Below, in pieces: positions 45,301-57,155 of a stretch of 64,000 bases of DNA. How positions within the stretch are numbered: position 1 is the stretch's first letter; each line of letters starts with the position of its first letter. Source of the stretch: Chrysemys picta bellii (Eukaryota); assembly GCF_011386835.1 (NCBI RefSeq), contig NC_088802.1:744001-808000 (forward strand). Reading direction: 5' to 3'. The translations under genes and the position numbers were made by a program. Under the pieces are notes generated by a model. It had not been told where the DNA came from and ran no database searches. It saw only the letters and a list, made by a program, of their open reading frames with translations.

Positions 45301-46520
45301 GCCCAGCCCCTGGAGCTGGGAAAACCCAACACCCTGATCTGCCAGGTGGGCAACCTCTTCCCGGCCTCGGTGACCGTGTCGTGGCAGCGGCAGGGGGAGC
45401 TGGTGAGCCAGGGCGTCAACACCACACGGTATTACCCCACCGAGGACCTGGGCTTCCTGCTCTATTCCTACCTGGAGTTCACCCCGCAGGACGGGGACAT
45501 CTACACCTGCACCATCACGCGGCCCAGGGACCGCTTCTCCACCGTGGCCTACTGGGGTGAGAGATCCCCCTGATCCCCCCCTGATCCGCCCCCTGCACCC
45601 CGATCCGCCCCCATCCTTCTATCCCTCCCCCACATCTCCCCACCAGCACCATCACGCGGCCCAGGGACCGCTTCTCCACCGTGGCCTACTGGGGTGAGAG
45701 ATCCCCCCGTTCCTCCCCACTGCACCCCGTTCCTCCCCAATCCTCCCCCTGCACCCTGTTCCTCCCTGCTGCACCCCGTTCCTCCCCGTTCCCCCCTGAT
45801 CCTCCCCATCCTTCTGTCCCTCCCCCACGTCTCCCCACCTGCACCATCATGCAGCCTGGGGACTGCTCCTCCACCGTGGCCCACTGCGGTGAGAGATTTT
45901 CCCCCTGCACTTGATTTGAGCCCCCCCCAACTCAATCCCCTCCATACCCATTCCTCCTCCACCTGACCCTGCATCTCTCCAGCTTCCCCCTGCTTCTGGG
46001 ATCCCTCCCTGATTCCCCGCCCTTGGCCTATGCGCCCCACACCTCCCGCCTCCCCAGCTGCCGGGAGCCCCCCCCCAATCTCCCCGGTAGCCCTGGCCTC
46101 ACCCTGTATTCCCCCCCCCCCCCCCCTGCTGTGTCTCTAGTGCCCCAGAACCCCATCCCGTCGGAGCTGCTGGAGAACGCGCTGTGCGGCCTGGCCATCG
46201 CCCTGGGCATCTTCTTCATGGTCACCGGGATCGTCGTCCTCCTCAAATCCCGCAGGCCCAGCCTCACAGGTACGCCAGGGCGCTGCCCCAGCTGGGGATG
46301 GGGGGAGTCTAGTGGGTTAGAGCGGCAGGACTGGGAGGGGATTGGGGTCTATTGGGGTAGAGCAGCGAGGGCTGGGGGCCAGGACTCCTGGGTTCTCTCC
46401 CCAGCTCTGGGAGACGAGTGGGGTCTAGTGGGTTAGAGCTGGGGGGTCTGGGCACCAGGACTCCTGGATTCTATCCGTGCCATTGAATCTCCTTGTTCTG
46501 TGTTTTCACCCTCAGAGTGA
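42346..46520 (+). CDS. DMA: MHC class II DM alpha chain, 251 aa
   Basis: Exons 42346-42424, 43837-44097, 45275-45556, 46141-46269, 46516-46520 (756 nt, all phase 1, GT/AG). Alpha-1 has the DM-type Cys pair (VMFCQ...SLCRQLL) and TFDGDQLFSFDF; alpha-2 GKPNTLICQVGNLFP; TM LLENALCGLAIALGIFFMVTGIVVLL; terminal micro-exon G|AG TGA; AATAAA at 46845-46850. Confidence 0.93.
42474..43790. repeat. TG-rich low-complexity tract filling DMA intron 1
   Basis: About 1.3 kb of imperfect (TG)n/(TGTG)n. Confidence 0.9.
44098..45200. repeat. Minisatellite (102/110-bp units) containing copies of the DMA exon-2 end and splice donor
   Basis: AGGCCAGAG|GTA recurs with GT at 44098, 44200, 44310, 44412, 44522, 44582, 44693, 44893, 45002 and 45112. 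Confidence 0.92.
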
Positions 46521-47109
46521 ACTCCGAGTGGCTGGAAACGCCCGAAGAACTATGAGGAGATGCCCCGTGTCCCCCGAACCCCTCCCTGTTCCAGCCTCCC
46601 CAGCCCTTGGGAACTGTGGGAAAGGCAGTTCCTGGACCAGCTGCAGTCAGCATGGTGTTGAGACCGGACACACTCACTACACACGGGCCACGTCCATGGG
46701 AACCTGGTGCCTCTCCTCCAGGGTACCCCGCTCTGCCCCCTCCAGCATTCCAGCCGTGCAGCGTGCCTGGGGCAGACTCCGACCCCCGGCCTGTGCCGGG
46801 GTCGCCCCACTCCGGAGTATTGGTGCCTTATCCAGCCTCCTTCTAATAAAGGTCTATTTCCTGGAGCTGTCGTGCCTCTGCCCGTCTATATCCGGACCTC
46901 TCCCCATGGGCCCCATAGCCCTCCCCCCAGGCCACCTCTACCCCCTCTCCTGTCCTGCAGGGACCCCGCTGGGGGGCGGAGGGGAGCTCACAACCTGCAT
47001 CCAGTTCAGCCCTCGGCGAAGGGGCCGGTTACTGCCTGTGCCGGGGGCACCTGCCCTGCTAGGATCTCGGCTGAGCCCCACCAAATTCGTGACACTGATC
47101 AGAACCTGT

Positions 47110-47836
47110 CTCCCATTCCCCGGCCCCCTGAGCCAGCCAGTCCCTGGCCTGGAGCGGTATCGGAACCAGCGCCCCCCCGAAGGGAAAGGCCCCGTGTCCC
47201 ATTCCCCGCCCCCCTGAGCCAGCCAGTCCCTGGCCTGGAGCGGTATCGGAACCAGCGCCCCCGGGAAGGGAAAGGCCCCGTGTCCCATTCCCCGCCCCCC
47301 TGAGCCAGCCAGTCCCTGGCCTGGAGCGGTATCGGAACCAGCGCCCCCGGGAAGGGAAAGGGCCCGTGTCCCATTCCCCGCCCCCCTGAGCCAGCCAGTC
47401 CCTGGCCTGGAGCGGTATCGGAACCAGCGCCCCCCGGAAGGGAAAGGGCCTGTGTCCCATTCCCCGCCCCCCTGAGCCAGCCAGTCCCTGGCCTGGAGCG
47501 GTATCGGAACCAGCGCCCCCCGGAAGGGAAAGGGCCCGTGTCCCATTCCCCGCCCCCCTGAGCCAGCCAGTCCCTGGCTGGGGCCGTATCGGTACCAGCG
47601 CCCCCCGGAAGGGAAAGGCCCCGTGTCCCATTCCCCGCCCCCCTGAGCCAGCCAGTCCCTGGCCTGGAGCGGTATCGGAACCAGCGCCCCCGGGAAGGGA
47701 AAGGGCCCGTGTCCCATTCCCCGCCCCCCTGAGCCAGCCAGTCCCTGGCCTGGAGCGGTATCGGAACCAGCGCCCCCGGGAAGGGAAAGGGCCCGTGTCC
47801 CATTCCTCGCTGCCCGTTCCCGAACCGGCCAGTCCC
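47110..47836. repeat. Minisatellite, about 86-bp unit, about 8 copies, between DMA and DMB
   Basis: GAGCCAGCCAGTCCC at 47130, 47216, 47302, 47388, 47474, 47560, 47645 and 47731. Confidence 0.95.
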
Positions 47837-47870
47837 TCTGGATAATCAAAGGCTCTGTCTCCGTCAGAGA

Positions 47871-48482
47871 GGAAGTGAAAGTGTCTCAGGCTGAGCCCGG
47901 TTGGTTTCACGTCCCCATGCAGCCGGGAGCGAGATCCGGGGCCAGCCGCAGCCCAGATGCCTGTGAAGTGCCAGGCTCCACTTCCCCATGAGGGGGCTGG
48001 GGGAGGGGGTACTCGGGGGGGCGTTAGCTTTGCCGTTGGCACCGGGCCGAGGGGAAGCGCCTGGTGCACTGTGAGGAAATCGGGGGGGGGGGGGGGGTTC
48101 TCAACCAGGGGCCCCTGGGGGCCTGGACCAGGTTTCAGGGGTGCTCCAAGCAGGGCTGGCGTTAGACTCTCAGGGGGCAGGGCAGAAAGCCGAGGCCCCA
48201 CCACCTGGGGCTGCAGCCGGAGCATGGGCAGCTTAGCTCCGTGGGGCCCGGGGAACGGCCTGGCTGGCTGCCCCCTGACACCGGCCCTGGCTTTATACGC
48301 AGAAACACAGGGGTTGGGGCACAGGTGGGCCGTGGAGTATTTATAGCGGGGGGGCGGGGAACGCTCAGAAAGGAAAAGGTTGTGAACCCTGAAATAGGGG
48401 AAGCTGGGCCCGGAATAGGGGAAGCAGCAGGACGGGGGTTTCAGACACGCCTGGGCCAGCCCTGCCCACGGGGGAAGTGAAA
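47871..48482 (+). promoter_or_regulatory. Two Ets-IRF composite elements (GGAAGTGAAA) upstream of DMB
   Basis: Exact GGAAGTGAAA at 47871-47880 and 48473-48482. Confidence 0.55.
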
Positions 48483-48964
48483 TCCCCAGGTTGGGAGACA
48501 TGGGGCCCATCCCCTGTTCTGGCTAGGGCAGCCGCCCCTCTGCCGGGATCCCCTTCCCCGCCCCAACCCCGTCCCCCCCAGCTGCCCCCCTCTACCGGGA
48601 ATCCCTTTCCCCCCCCCAACCCCGTCCCCCGCCAAGCTGCCCCTCTGCCGGGATCCCCTCCCCAATCCCGTCCCCTCCCCCCCAGCTGCCCCCTCTGCTG
48701 GGATCCCCTCCTCAGGGGGCCCCTCTGCCGGGATCCCCACCCCCCATCACTCGTCCCTTTCCCCCGCCGCACGCCCGTGGCTGCTCCGTGCCTCAGTTTC
48801 CCCATCTGTAATGGGGGCGGGGGGAGGGATGTCAGGATCCCCTGATGCCGCGGGAGATCCGGGGAGATAAACCCACCCCGGACCGCGGGCTGCCCCGAGG
48901 CTGGGCCCGGCCCCCCGGCGCGGCGGGACATCTCCCGCTCGGGTTCCCGGCCCGGTCGCCTCCA

Positions 48965-49009
48965 CCCAGCGACGGGTGATGCCGGCAGCGGAGCCGGCTG
49001 CCATTGGCC
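48965..49009 (+). promoter_or_regulatory. DMB class II promoter X1/X2-Y module
   Basis: CCCAGCGACGGG-TGATG (48965-48981) and CCATTGG (49001-49007); X-to-Y distance 36 bp versus 35 bp at DMA. Confidence 0.7.
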
Positions 49010-49110
49010 AGGGCCGGGGGCGGGGGGGTCAGGACAGCGGGACCTGCCTGCGGGTCCGGAACCGGGACCCAGAGAGAGAGAGTCCCCCGCAGAGCCCAGG
49101 GGTCCAGGAC

Positions 49111-49460
49111 GAGATCTGCCCCCCCCCCGATCCAGGGAGAGATCTGCCCCCCCCCCAGACCCAGGGATCCAGGGAGAGATCTGCCCCCCCCCCCAGACCC
49201 AGGGTTCCCAGGAGAGATCTGCCCCCCCCAGACCCAGGGTTCCCAGGAGAGATCTGCCCCCCCCAGACCCAGGAGTCCAGGGAGAGATCTGCCCCCCCCC
49301 CCCGACCCAGGGTTCCCAGGAGAGATCTGCCCCCCCCAGACCCAGGAGTCCAGGGAGAGATCTGCCCCCCCCCAGACCCAGGGTTCCCAAGAGAGATCTG
49401 CCCCCCCCCAGACCCAGGGATCCAGGGAGAGATCTGCCCCCCAGACCCAGGGATCCAGTG
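49111..49460. repeat. Minisatellite, about 35-38 bp unit (GAGATCTGCCCCCCCCAGACCCAGG...), 10 copies
   Basis: GATCTG at 49113, 49141, 49178, 49216, 49251, 49286, 49323, 49359, 49395 and 49431. Confidence 0.92.
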
Positions 49461-49752
49461 GATCACCCCAAAGCCACTGGGATCCCGCAGCAGAGAAGTC
49501 CGACGCCGGGCTCCAGAGAGATCTTCTCCCGGCGCCCCTGGGATCCAGCGATCTCCCCCGCAGAGCCGGGGATCCCGGAGCAGGCAGACGGGCGTGTGGG
49601 ATCCCCAGAGATCCCCCAGCCAGAGATCCCAGAGCGCGCCCGCAGCAGAGCCAGGGAGCTGGAAACTCGCTACAAGGAGCAGAGGCCCGAGACCCCCGCG
49701 CCGAGCCGGGGACCCCGACAGACCTGCCCTGCCCTGGGACCGAGGGGCCGCC

Positions 49753-52397
49753 ATGAAGCTGCTGCTGTGGTTGCTGTCTGTGGCTCTGGGCCACCACGGA
49801 GCAGGTGAGGGCGCCTGTCGGTGCCACAGGCCTGGGGGGAGCTTGGGGTCCCTGCCCCCTATAATCCTCTCCGGGGGTCCCCGCTTCAGGGACCAGCCTA
49901 GCGAGCGTCCGACCACCTGTTCCCCAGAGCTGTGCCCCGGGATCAGGACCCTTGCTGGAGATGTCAGGATAGGGCTTAACCCCACGTCTAACCTTAGGGG
50001 ACAGTGCCTGTGTGTGGATGGGTCTTAACCCATCTGTACCCCTCCTCCCAGCGACTGCTGGGCTGTGTCTGCGTGTATGTGGGGGTATAACCCCAGTCTG
50101 TACTCCTAGGGGGCTGTGCCTGTGTGTGTGTGTGGGTAGCCTCCATCTGTACCCCTAGGGGCTGTGTCTGTGTGTGAATGGGGGTATAACCCCAGTCTGT
50201 ACTCCTAGGGGGCTGTGCCTGTGTGTGTGTGTGGGGGGGGGGGGGGCTTGTCTCTGTGTGTGTGTGTGGGTAGCCTCCATCTGTACCCCTAGGGGCTGTG
50301 TCTGTGTGTGAATGGGGGTATAACCCCAGTCTGTACCCCTAGGGGGTTGTGCCTGTGTGTGAATGGGGGTATAACCCCAGTCTGTACCCCTAGGGGGCTG
50401 TGTCTGTGTGTGGGGGGGGTATAACCCCAGTCTGTACCTCTAGGGGCTTTGTCTGTGTGTGTGGGGGGTAGCCTCCATCTGTACCCCTAGGGGCTGGGGC
50501 TATGTGGATGGGGGTATAACCCCACTCTGTACCCCTAGGGGCTGTGTGTGTGTGTAGGGGGTGGTTAACCCCCGTCGTTCCCAGCGTACACACCCACAGT
50601 ACGGCATTACAGCCGCAGAGGAACCATCTGGATGGGGTTTAAATCCAACATCCCCGGTCTACACCTCGGGGGCACGGCCTAGTGTGGAAACAGTCCCCAT
50701 CTGTCCCCATCACCTCCCTGATCCCCATCCTCCCAATATCCTGCCCTCCCTGACCCATCCCTCCCTCACCCCACTCCCGACCCCCATTGTCCTGCCCAGC
50801 TGCCCCGCCCCGAACCCGCTCCTGACGGCCCCGTCCCCACAGGCGGGTTCCTGATACACTTGGCCAGCGAGTGCCCCCTGGCAGCCAATGGCTCCGTGCT
50901 CTCGTTCAACTTCGCCTTCGTCTTCAACAAGAACCCGCTGGTGTGTTACAACGACCACGACCAGCTCTTCGAGGCCTGTGACATGGGCCTGCTCAACCCT
51001 GTGGCCGCAGGCATGGCCGCCCAGCTCAACAAGGACGCCGGTTGGCGCCAGCGCATGGCAGGGGGGCGCCAGGCCTGCCAGAGCCAGAGCCAGCGCCTCT
51101 GGAGCCGCACGGGGCAAAGGAAGAGTGAGTGGGGGGCGCAGGGCACCGAGCGGGGTGGGGGAGGGACTGTGGGGCCCCTGGCACAGAGTTGGGTTGAGGG
51201 AGGGGTGTGTGGGGCCCCTGGCGCTGAGCCGGGGAGGGGCTGCGGGGCCCCTGGCGCTGAGCCGGGGTGGGGGACAGGTTTGATGCGGGGGGATACTGGG
51301 CTGGGGGACCATGGGTCTGACCCACGTGTGGTGGGGGCGGTGGGTGTACCAGGAGCTGGTCCATACAGTGACTCCCCCCCAACAGCGCCCCCTAGTGTCC
51401 GCATCGTCTCCACGGCCCTCTCGAACCCCGCGGGGACCGTGCGCCTCACCTGCCACGTCTGGGGCTTCTACCCGGCGGACGTGGGGGTCACCTGGCTGCG
51501 GAACGGGAGCCCCCTGGAGCCCACCGAGGACGGCCTGAGCCCGGCGCTGGCCAACGGCGACTGGACCTACCAGACCCACGTCAGCCTGCTCACCACCCCC
51601 AAGCCCGGGGACACCTACACCTGCCATGTGCAGCACGTCAGCCTGGCAGAGCCCCACCAGGAGGAGTGGGGTGAGCCCAGGCAGGGCGGGGTAGGGGTTG
51701 GAGGGCAGGGGCATAGGGTGGGGGGAATAGAGTGCTGGGTGGTTGGGGTGATGGGGGGAAGCAGGAGAGGGGTACAGAGCAGGGGAAGGGCATGCGGGGG
51801 GCAGGGCATGGAGTGGGGGGAAGGGGTACAAGGTGGGGGAAGGGCATGCTGGGGGTTGGGGGCAGCAGGAGTGGGGTGCAGGGCAGGGGAATGGGGAGCT
51901 GGGGGGCAGGGCAGGTTATGGAGTGGGGGAAGGGGATTTGGGGGCAGGGGTACAGGGTGGCAGAAGGGCGTGTTGGGGGCAGCAGGAGTGGGGTGCAGGA
52001 CGGGGAATGGGGGAGGGAGCGGGGACAGAGGCACGGGGTGAAGGGGATCTGGGTAGGACTCTGGCTGGGGGTGCAGGGGTGCTGTGGGGGGCTCCCCAGT
52101 CTACCCCCATTAACCCCTCCCCTGCTGTCCCCCCCAGGGCCCGGCCTGTCCCCGGGGCTGACGGTCAAGGTCAGCGTGGCTGTCGTGGTGCTGATCCTCG
52201 GCCTCATCTTCCTGGGCACCGGCCTGGTGTTCTGGCGGCGGGCGCCCGCCCCGGGTGAGGAGTGGGGGGGTTGGGACCACGTGTCACCCTCGCCTGGGGT
52301 CCTGAGCCCCCAACCCAATTCCCAACGGGGGGGGGGTACCGGGGTCCCTGCAAGAGACGGGGACAATGTGAGGCGCACTTCCCGGGTGCTGGGGGTT

Positions 52398-52438
<41 letters not shown>

Positions 52439-52515
52439 TCCCACTGCCCCCTGCTGGTGTGTGTGTGTGTGTGTGCTTGTGCCCCGCTGCCCCCTGCTGG
52501 TGAGAGAGAACGAGA

Positions 52516-52555
<40 letters not shown>

Positions 52556-53067
52556 ACACTTGTGCCCTGCTGCCCCCTGCTGGTTGGGGAGGGAGCATGT
52601 GCAGGAGGGGGGGCAGCATCACCTCTGACTAACTCTGTTTCCTTCCCCCTTCCAGGTTATTCTCCCCTCGCAGGGCACAACTATGCTGGAGGTAACAGCT
52701 GCCTGGCTGGCTGAGTGTCCCTGCATCCTCCCCACGCCCTCCCACACCTCCCCTGCCTCCCTGCGTCCTCCCCACGCCCCCCCACACCTCCCCTGCCTCC
52801 CTGCGTCCTCCCCACGCCCCCCGTCCCCACACAGACCCCCATCCCTCCCCTCATCCTCCCGTCCCCACGCAGACCCCTCCCTCCGACCATCCCCCCATCC
52901 ACCTCTGTCTCTGTCCCCGTCCGTCCATCTGTCCCCGCCACGTCTCTGACTGTCCATCCGTCCGTGTGCCCCCCTCTGTCTCTGTCTCTCCGTCTGTCTG
53001 TCTCTGTCTGTCTGTCCCGGTTCATTGACACGTCTCTCGCTGTGTTTACTCCGCAGGCAGCACCTAA
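49753..53067 (+). CDS. DMB: MHC class II DM beta chain, 260 aa
   Basis: Exons 49753-49804, 50843-51124, 51386-51670, 52138-52254, 52656-52691, 53057-53067 (783 nt, GT/AG, phase 1). Beta-1 GGFLIHLASECPL...FNKNPLVCY...PCD-equivalent ACD; beta-2 LTCHVWGFYPADV...NGDWTYQT; TM LTVKVSVAVVVLILGLIFL; 36-nt exon with the YSPL sorting motif. Confidence 0.93.
50080..50545. repeat. Minisatellite (about 45-55 bp variants) in DMB intron 1
   Basis: CTGTAC(C/T)CCTAGGGGGCTGTG...GGGGGTATAACCCC recurs about 9 times. Confidence 0.85.
52401..52556. repeat. (TG)n microsatellites in DMB intron 4
   Basis: Perfect TG runs at 52401-52436 and about 52519-52553, plus a shorter run between them. Confidence 0.95.
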
Positions 53068-54299
53068 CGCCCCTGGGCACCGAGACCCCTGGCTCCAGTC
53101 CCCCCACCCCAGCGGAGGATCCCGGCTCGTCCTGTCTGTCGCCCCTAGCTTAGCCAGCCCTCCCCACGGAGTTGGGATCCGTGGGACAGAGACGGGACAT
53201 GTCTCCCTGCCAGCCGGGCACCGCAGCGAGGACGGCTCAGACCAGATCCCCCATGGAGCCCGTACGGACCAGCACCTCCTGCACCCCTCCCCACACTGGG
53301 GCTGTATATACTGGGGCCTATAGATGGCTATAGAGTCCTCCCCTTCCCAACTCCAAGCGCCTGATGCAAGTAGGATAAAATAACGATATAATGACCAGAT
53401 TGCTGGCCTCGAGCCCCAAATTAGAGCCGGCTACCCTATATAGACCGGCGGGCCAATACAGAGCTATAACGACCTGAATACAGATCCCCTACACACACCC
53501 ATCCTCAACTTCTCCCCAACTCAGAGCCCTGGAGCCCATACAGACTGCCCCCCCACACTTGTATACTGGGGCTATAGATGGATATAGGGACCAGCCCCCC
53601 TCCAGACAGAGAGCCCCTGAGCCCACAAGGACTGCCCCCCATACACCCCGCTGTGTATAGCAGGGCCCATAAAGGGCTAGAGGAACCCCAGTATAGACCC
53701 CCATCCCCACAGACTTGGAGCCCTCTGCCCTGTACACTTCAGCAGGGCGATACAGGGATATAATGACCCGATCAGACCCCTAGCTTCTCCCCAGCCCCCC
53801 CGATCCCTCAGCACCGGGGGATGTGTCCAATTCTCCACCCCCTAGTACAATCCCAGCCCTGGTACAATCCCACTTCCCCCACCAGGGGTCATCCTAGACC
53901 AGGGCTCCCTCCCGGGTCATCATACGATTCCCCCATTACTCACCCAGCCACCCCTCAAGCCTGGCAGCCAACCCCCCCCTTCCCACCTGTTCCCCCCCCC
54001 CTCCCAGGCAGGCACAGCATCCTCACACACACACCCCCGCCTGGCACTCTCCACACTGAGGTGGGGTGGGGGCAGGGCTATGGGGAGCGGGTTCCCAATT
54101 CGGGGTGCTGACCGTGTGCGGGTTGTATGGAGAGGGTGGCTGTTGTAATCTCCCCCCCCCCCCCCCCATTAAAGATCCTCTCTGGTGCAGCAGGGAATGC
54201 TCTGTGGATGGCGCCCATGTCCTCAGCCACAAGGGGCGGGGGCAGAGGGGGGGCTGGAATTTGAACAGAGGGATAGGAATGTAGCACTGGTTCCTCCCC

Positions 54300-54620
54300 A
54301 CCCAGAGATCGAACCCAGGAGTCCTGGTTCCCAGCCCCCCCCGCTCTAACCCATCAGCCCCCACTTCCCTCCCAGAGCCGGGGAGAGAACCCAGGAGTCC
54401 TGGCTCTGAGCCCCCCCCGGCTCTACCCCACCAGTCCCCACTCCCCTGCCAGAGCTGGGGCAAGAACCCAGGAGTCCTGGCTCCCAGCCCCCGCTCTAAC
54501 CCACCAGATCCCACTTCCCTCCCAGAGCTGGGAGAGAACCCAGGAGTCCTGGCTCCCAGTCTCCCCCCCCCCCCCCCCGCTCTAACCCACCAGCTCCCAC
54601 TCCCCTCCCAGAGCCATTTC
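54300..54620 (-). repeat. Tandem copies (about 65 bp) of a tRNA-SINE-head-like unit
   Basis: GAACCCAGGAGTCCTGG...CTCTAACCC...CCCCACT recurs about 5 times; the same motif is on the plus strand at 46300-46470. Confidence 0.7.
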
Positions 54621-55399
54621 CCTCTCCAGGGTCCCGTAAGGCGCATGTGTTTGCAGCCCATCCTGGCCCTGGCCCGGCTCCTGGTGGCTGGGACACACAG
54701 GGGCTGCTGGGCCAGTCCAGAGGTGGGTCTGTTAGCGCCGGGGTAGTGGCTCTGCTGGTTCGATCCTGCTCCGGGCTGGGGACCCGCCTGGTGATGTGAC
54801 CAGGGCTGTGGGCGTTTTCCCGCGGAGGGGGCCCTGCAGCGAGTTCACTGCGATAATGCAGGACACCACAGAGCGTTAATTCCCAGCACCTTTATCTGAC
54901 ACAACCTGGGTGACCCCCCCAGGAGGGACACCCCTCCCTCAGTGCGGGATCCCAGCACCTGCGCTTACAGGAGGGCGACTCCGGCACCATGGCTGCACCC
55001 CACCCTGCCAACAAAGGCATCCTCCGGAAACAACCGTCCCCAGCGCTGCCCCCAGAGATCGCAACGCACGCTGCAAAGGTGGGCAGGCTCGGCCCCCCAT
55101 CATACAGATGGGGAAACTGAGGCAGAGGGAGGGGACACAAGTGGCCCAACTTGACCCAGCTGGCCGAGCTGGGAATAGCACCTGGGGCTCCTGAGTGCCA
55201 GCCCAGTGCCCTACCCGCTGCCACTGACACCTGGGACGTACTTGGTGCCAACCGGGGCAGGGTGTGGGCAGAGAGACCATCGAGTGTCATGCTAGGCATC
55301 CCCGTGCTCCAGGGCGGGCGTCGGTGACTGACTGATGGGGGGTGGGGGGAGACGTCCTGGCCAGGGCTACTGGGGCAGGGTCCGTCTGGTCTGTGTCTG

Positions 55400-55745
55400 T
55401 CCAGCGCCTGGCACACTGGGGGCCTGGGCCACGGCTGTGGCTGCCAGGTGCTACCATAATACACCTAATCCATAACGTACAGCGCCTGGCACGCTGGGGG
55501 CCTGGGCCGCTGGGACTGCCGGGCACTACAATATACACCTAATCCATAACGTACAGCTCCTGGCACGCTGGGGGCCTGGGCCGCTGAGACTGCCGGGCAC
55601 TACAATATACACCTAATCCATAACGTACAGCGCCTGGCACGCTGGGGACCAGGGCAATGGCTGGGCTGCCGGGCACGACCATATACACCTACTATATAAC
55701 GTACAGCGCCTGGCACGCTGGGGGTCTGGGCCATGGCTGGGGCTC
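55400..55745. repeat. Minisatellite, about 74-bp unit, about 4.5 copies
   Basis: CGTACAG at 55476, 55550, 55624 and 55700. Confidence 0.9.
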
Positions 55746-56454
55746 CTCTGTGCTCCCATAATACAATTATTTATTAGCAGTCTCTGCCGCTCGTGCGGCT
55801 GGTGCTGGCTGCTGCGGCGCCCAGAGACTGGGCTCGATGGGCCCCTGGGGCCAAGGCGGCGAGGCCCTCCCTTGGGGCCTGTAGTCACTGACTCTTTAGG
55901 CTCTCCCCGGCTCAGGTGACGCTGGTGGGAAGAGGGCAGCGCTCTGACGCTCTCCTCCACAATGAGCTCCGGCCAGCAGAGCGCAGGGGCCCCACAGGGT
56001 AACCTCCGCCAGGCCAGCAGAGCGCGGGGGCCCTGTCCCCCACACTGCCCTGTGGGGGACACACAGCGCCGGGGAGGCAGAATCCGGTCACCCCCCGTCG
56101 GTGCCTGGCCTGACGAGCGCAGGGCTCAGACCCAGGCTGGGCGAGGGGCAGGTCGGATCGGGGCCCCTCTCCCTGCCTATGGACAAAGCCCCGTGTCCAG
56201 AGACAGGCTGCGGCATCGGTACCAGCAGCAGCTGCCTGGTCAGCGACAGATCCCCCGGGACCCGGCTCCCGACACCGGCAGAGTCGTGACATTCACAGCC
56301 CTGAGAGATACCGGGCGGATCCCACCTGCCCGGCGCCCGGCCGTCGCAGGGGCCTTGGTCCCGTCTGGTCTCTGCCTGGCACAGTCTCCTGAGGACTGAC
56401 ATGCTTCGGGCTAGCCCACGCTACTGGGCTCGCGGCAGGGTAACTGGGTGCAAC

Positions 56455-56902
56455 TGTCACGGAGTCCCCGGGCGATGCTCTGGAACTGCTCCCCACAAAG
56501 CCAGTCAGGACTCTGGGGAGCCTCCTCTCCCTCGGAGCAGACTGTCTTCAGGGCAAGAAGCTCACACGGCTTCACCTCCTGGGTCTCTCCTGGGAGCATT
56601 CAGCATCTGCCCCTCCGTGCGCTTCCCACAGCGAGTCCGCCCAGGCGGGGTCCTGGGGCAGCCAGAGGGTCCTGCCCCCCACTTCGCAGTCAGACGTGAC
56701 TCTCAGCCAGCCAGTAACACAGAGGTTTATTAGACGACAGGAACACGGTCTAAAACAGAGCTTGTCGGTCCAGTGAACGGGACCCCTCCGCTGGGTCCAT
56801 TCTGGGGCCCAGCGAGGCAGACCCCTGTCTGCCCTCCCTTCCAGTCCCCAGCTAGCTCCAAACTCCAACCCCCGTCCAGCCCCTCCTTCTCTGGGCTTTG
56901 TC

Positions 56903-56934
<32 letters not shown>

Positions 56935-57155
56935 CCAGGAGGTCACCTGATCCCTTTGTCTCCAACACCTTCAGTTGGCACCTTTGCAGAGGAGGGGCCC
57001 AGGCCATCAGTTCCTAGGAGACAGAGTGTCGGGCATTTATGTACACTGGCCCTTTGCTCTGCAGCAACCATACACCCTTATCCCACCACCTAGACACTTA
57101 AGAACTGCATAGGGGAAACTGAGGAAAACATTAAGAATAGTCCCACTTCGTCACA
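56455..57155 (-). mobile_element. Solo LTR (701 bp)
   Basis: TGTCACG...CGTCACA termini; exact 5-bp TSD GCAAC (56450-56454, 57156-57160). Confidence 0.9.

Noticed and set aside
46300-46470. tRNA gene (A-box/B-box-like sequence)
   Set aside because: No cloverleaf; it is a SINE-head-like repeat also present in tandem at 54300-54620.
47059-48510. 483-aa ORF and overlapping long ORFs
   Set aside because: Products of the stop-poor 86-bp tandem repeat; periodic low-complexity translation with no domain.
48976-50028. 350-aa ORF in frame with the DMB leader as an N-terminally extended DMB
   Set aside because: Its start lies inside the X2 box, upstream of the Y box and so of any likely TSS; the body is VNTR-derived.
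56040-56260. Possible class I alpha-3 remnant (CLWTRGFVHR; GLSPAL) on the minus strand
   Set aside because: Motifs are short, in different frames, and lack the second Cys/Trp pattern and exon-length fit; compatible with chance in GC-rich DNA.
56903-56935. Very long C homopolymer (and the G run near 19000) as a functional element
   Set aside because: Lies inside LTR remnants, and homopolymer length is unreliable in assemblies.
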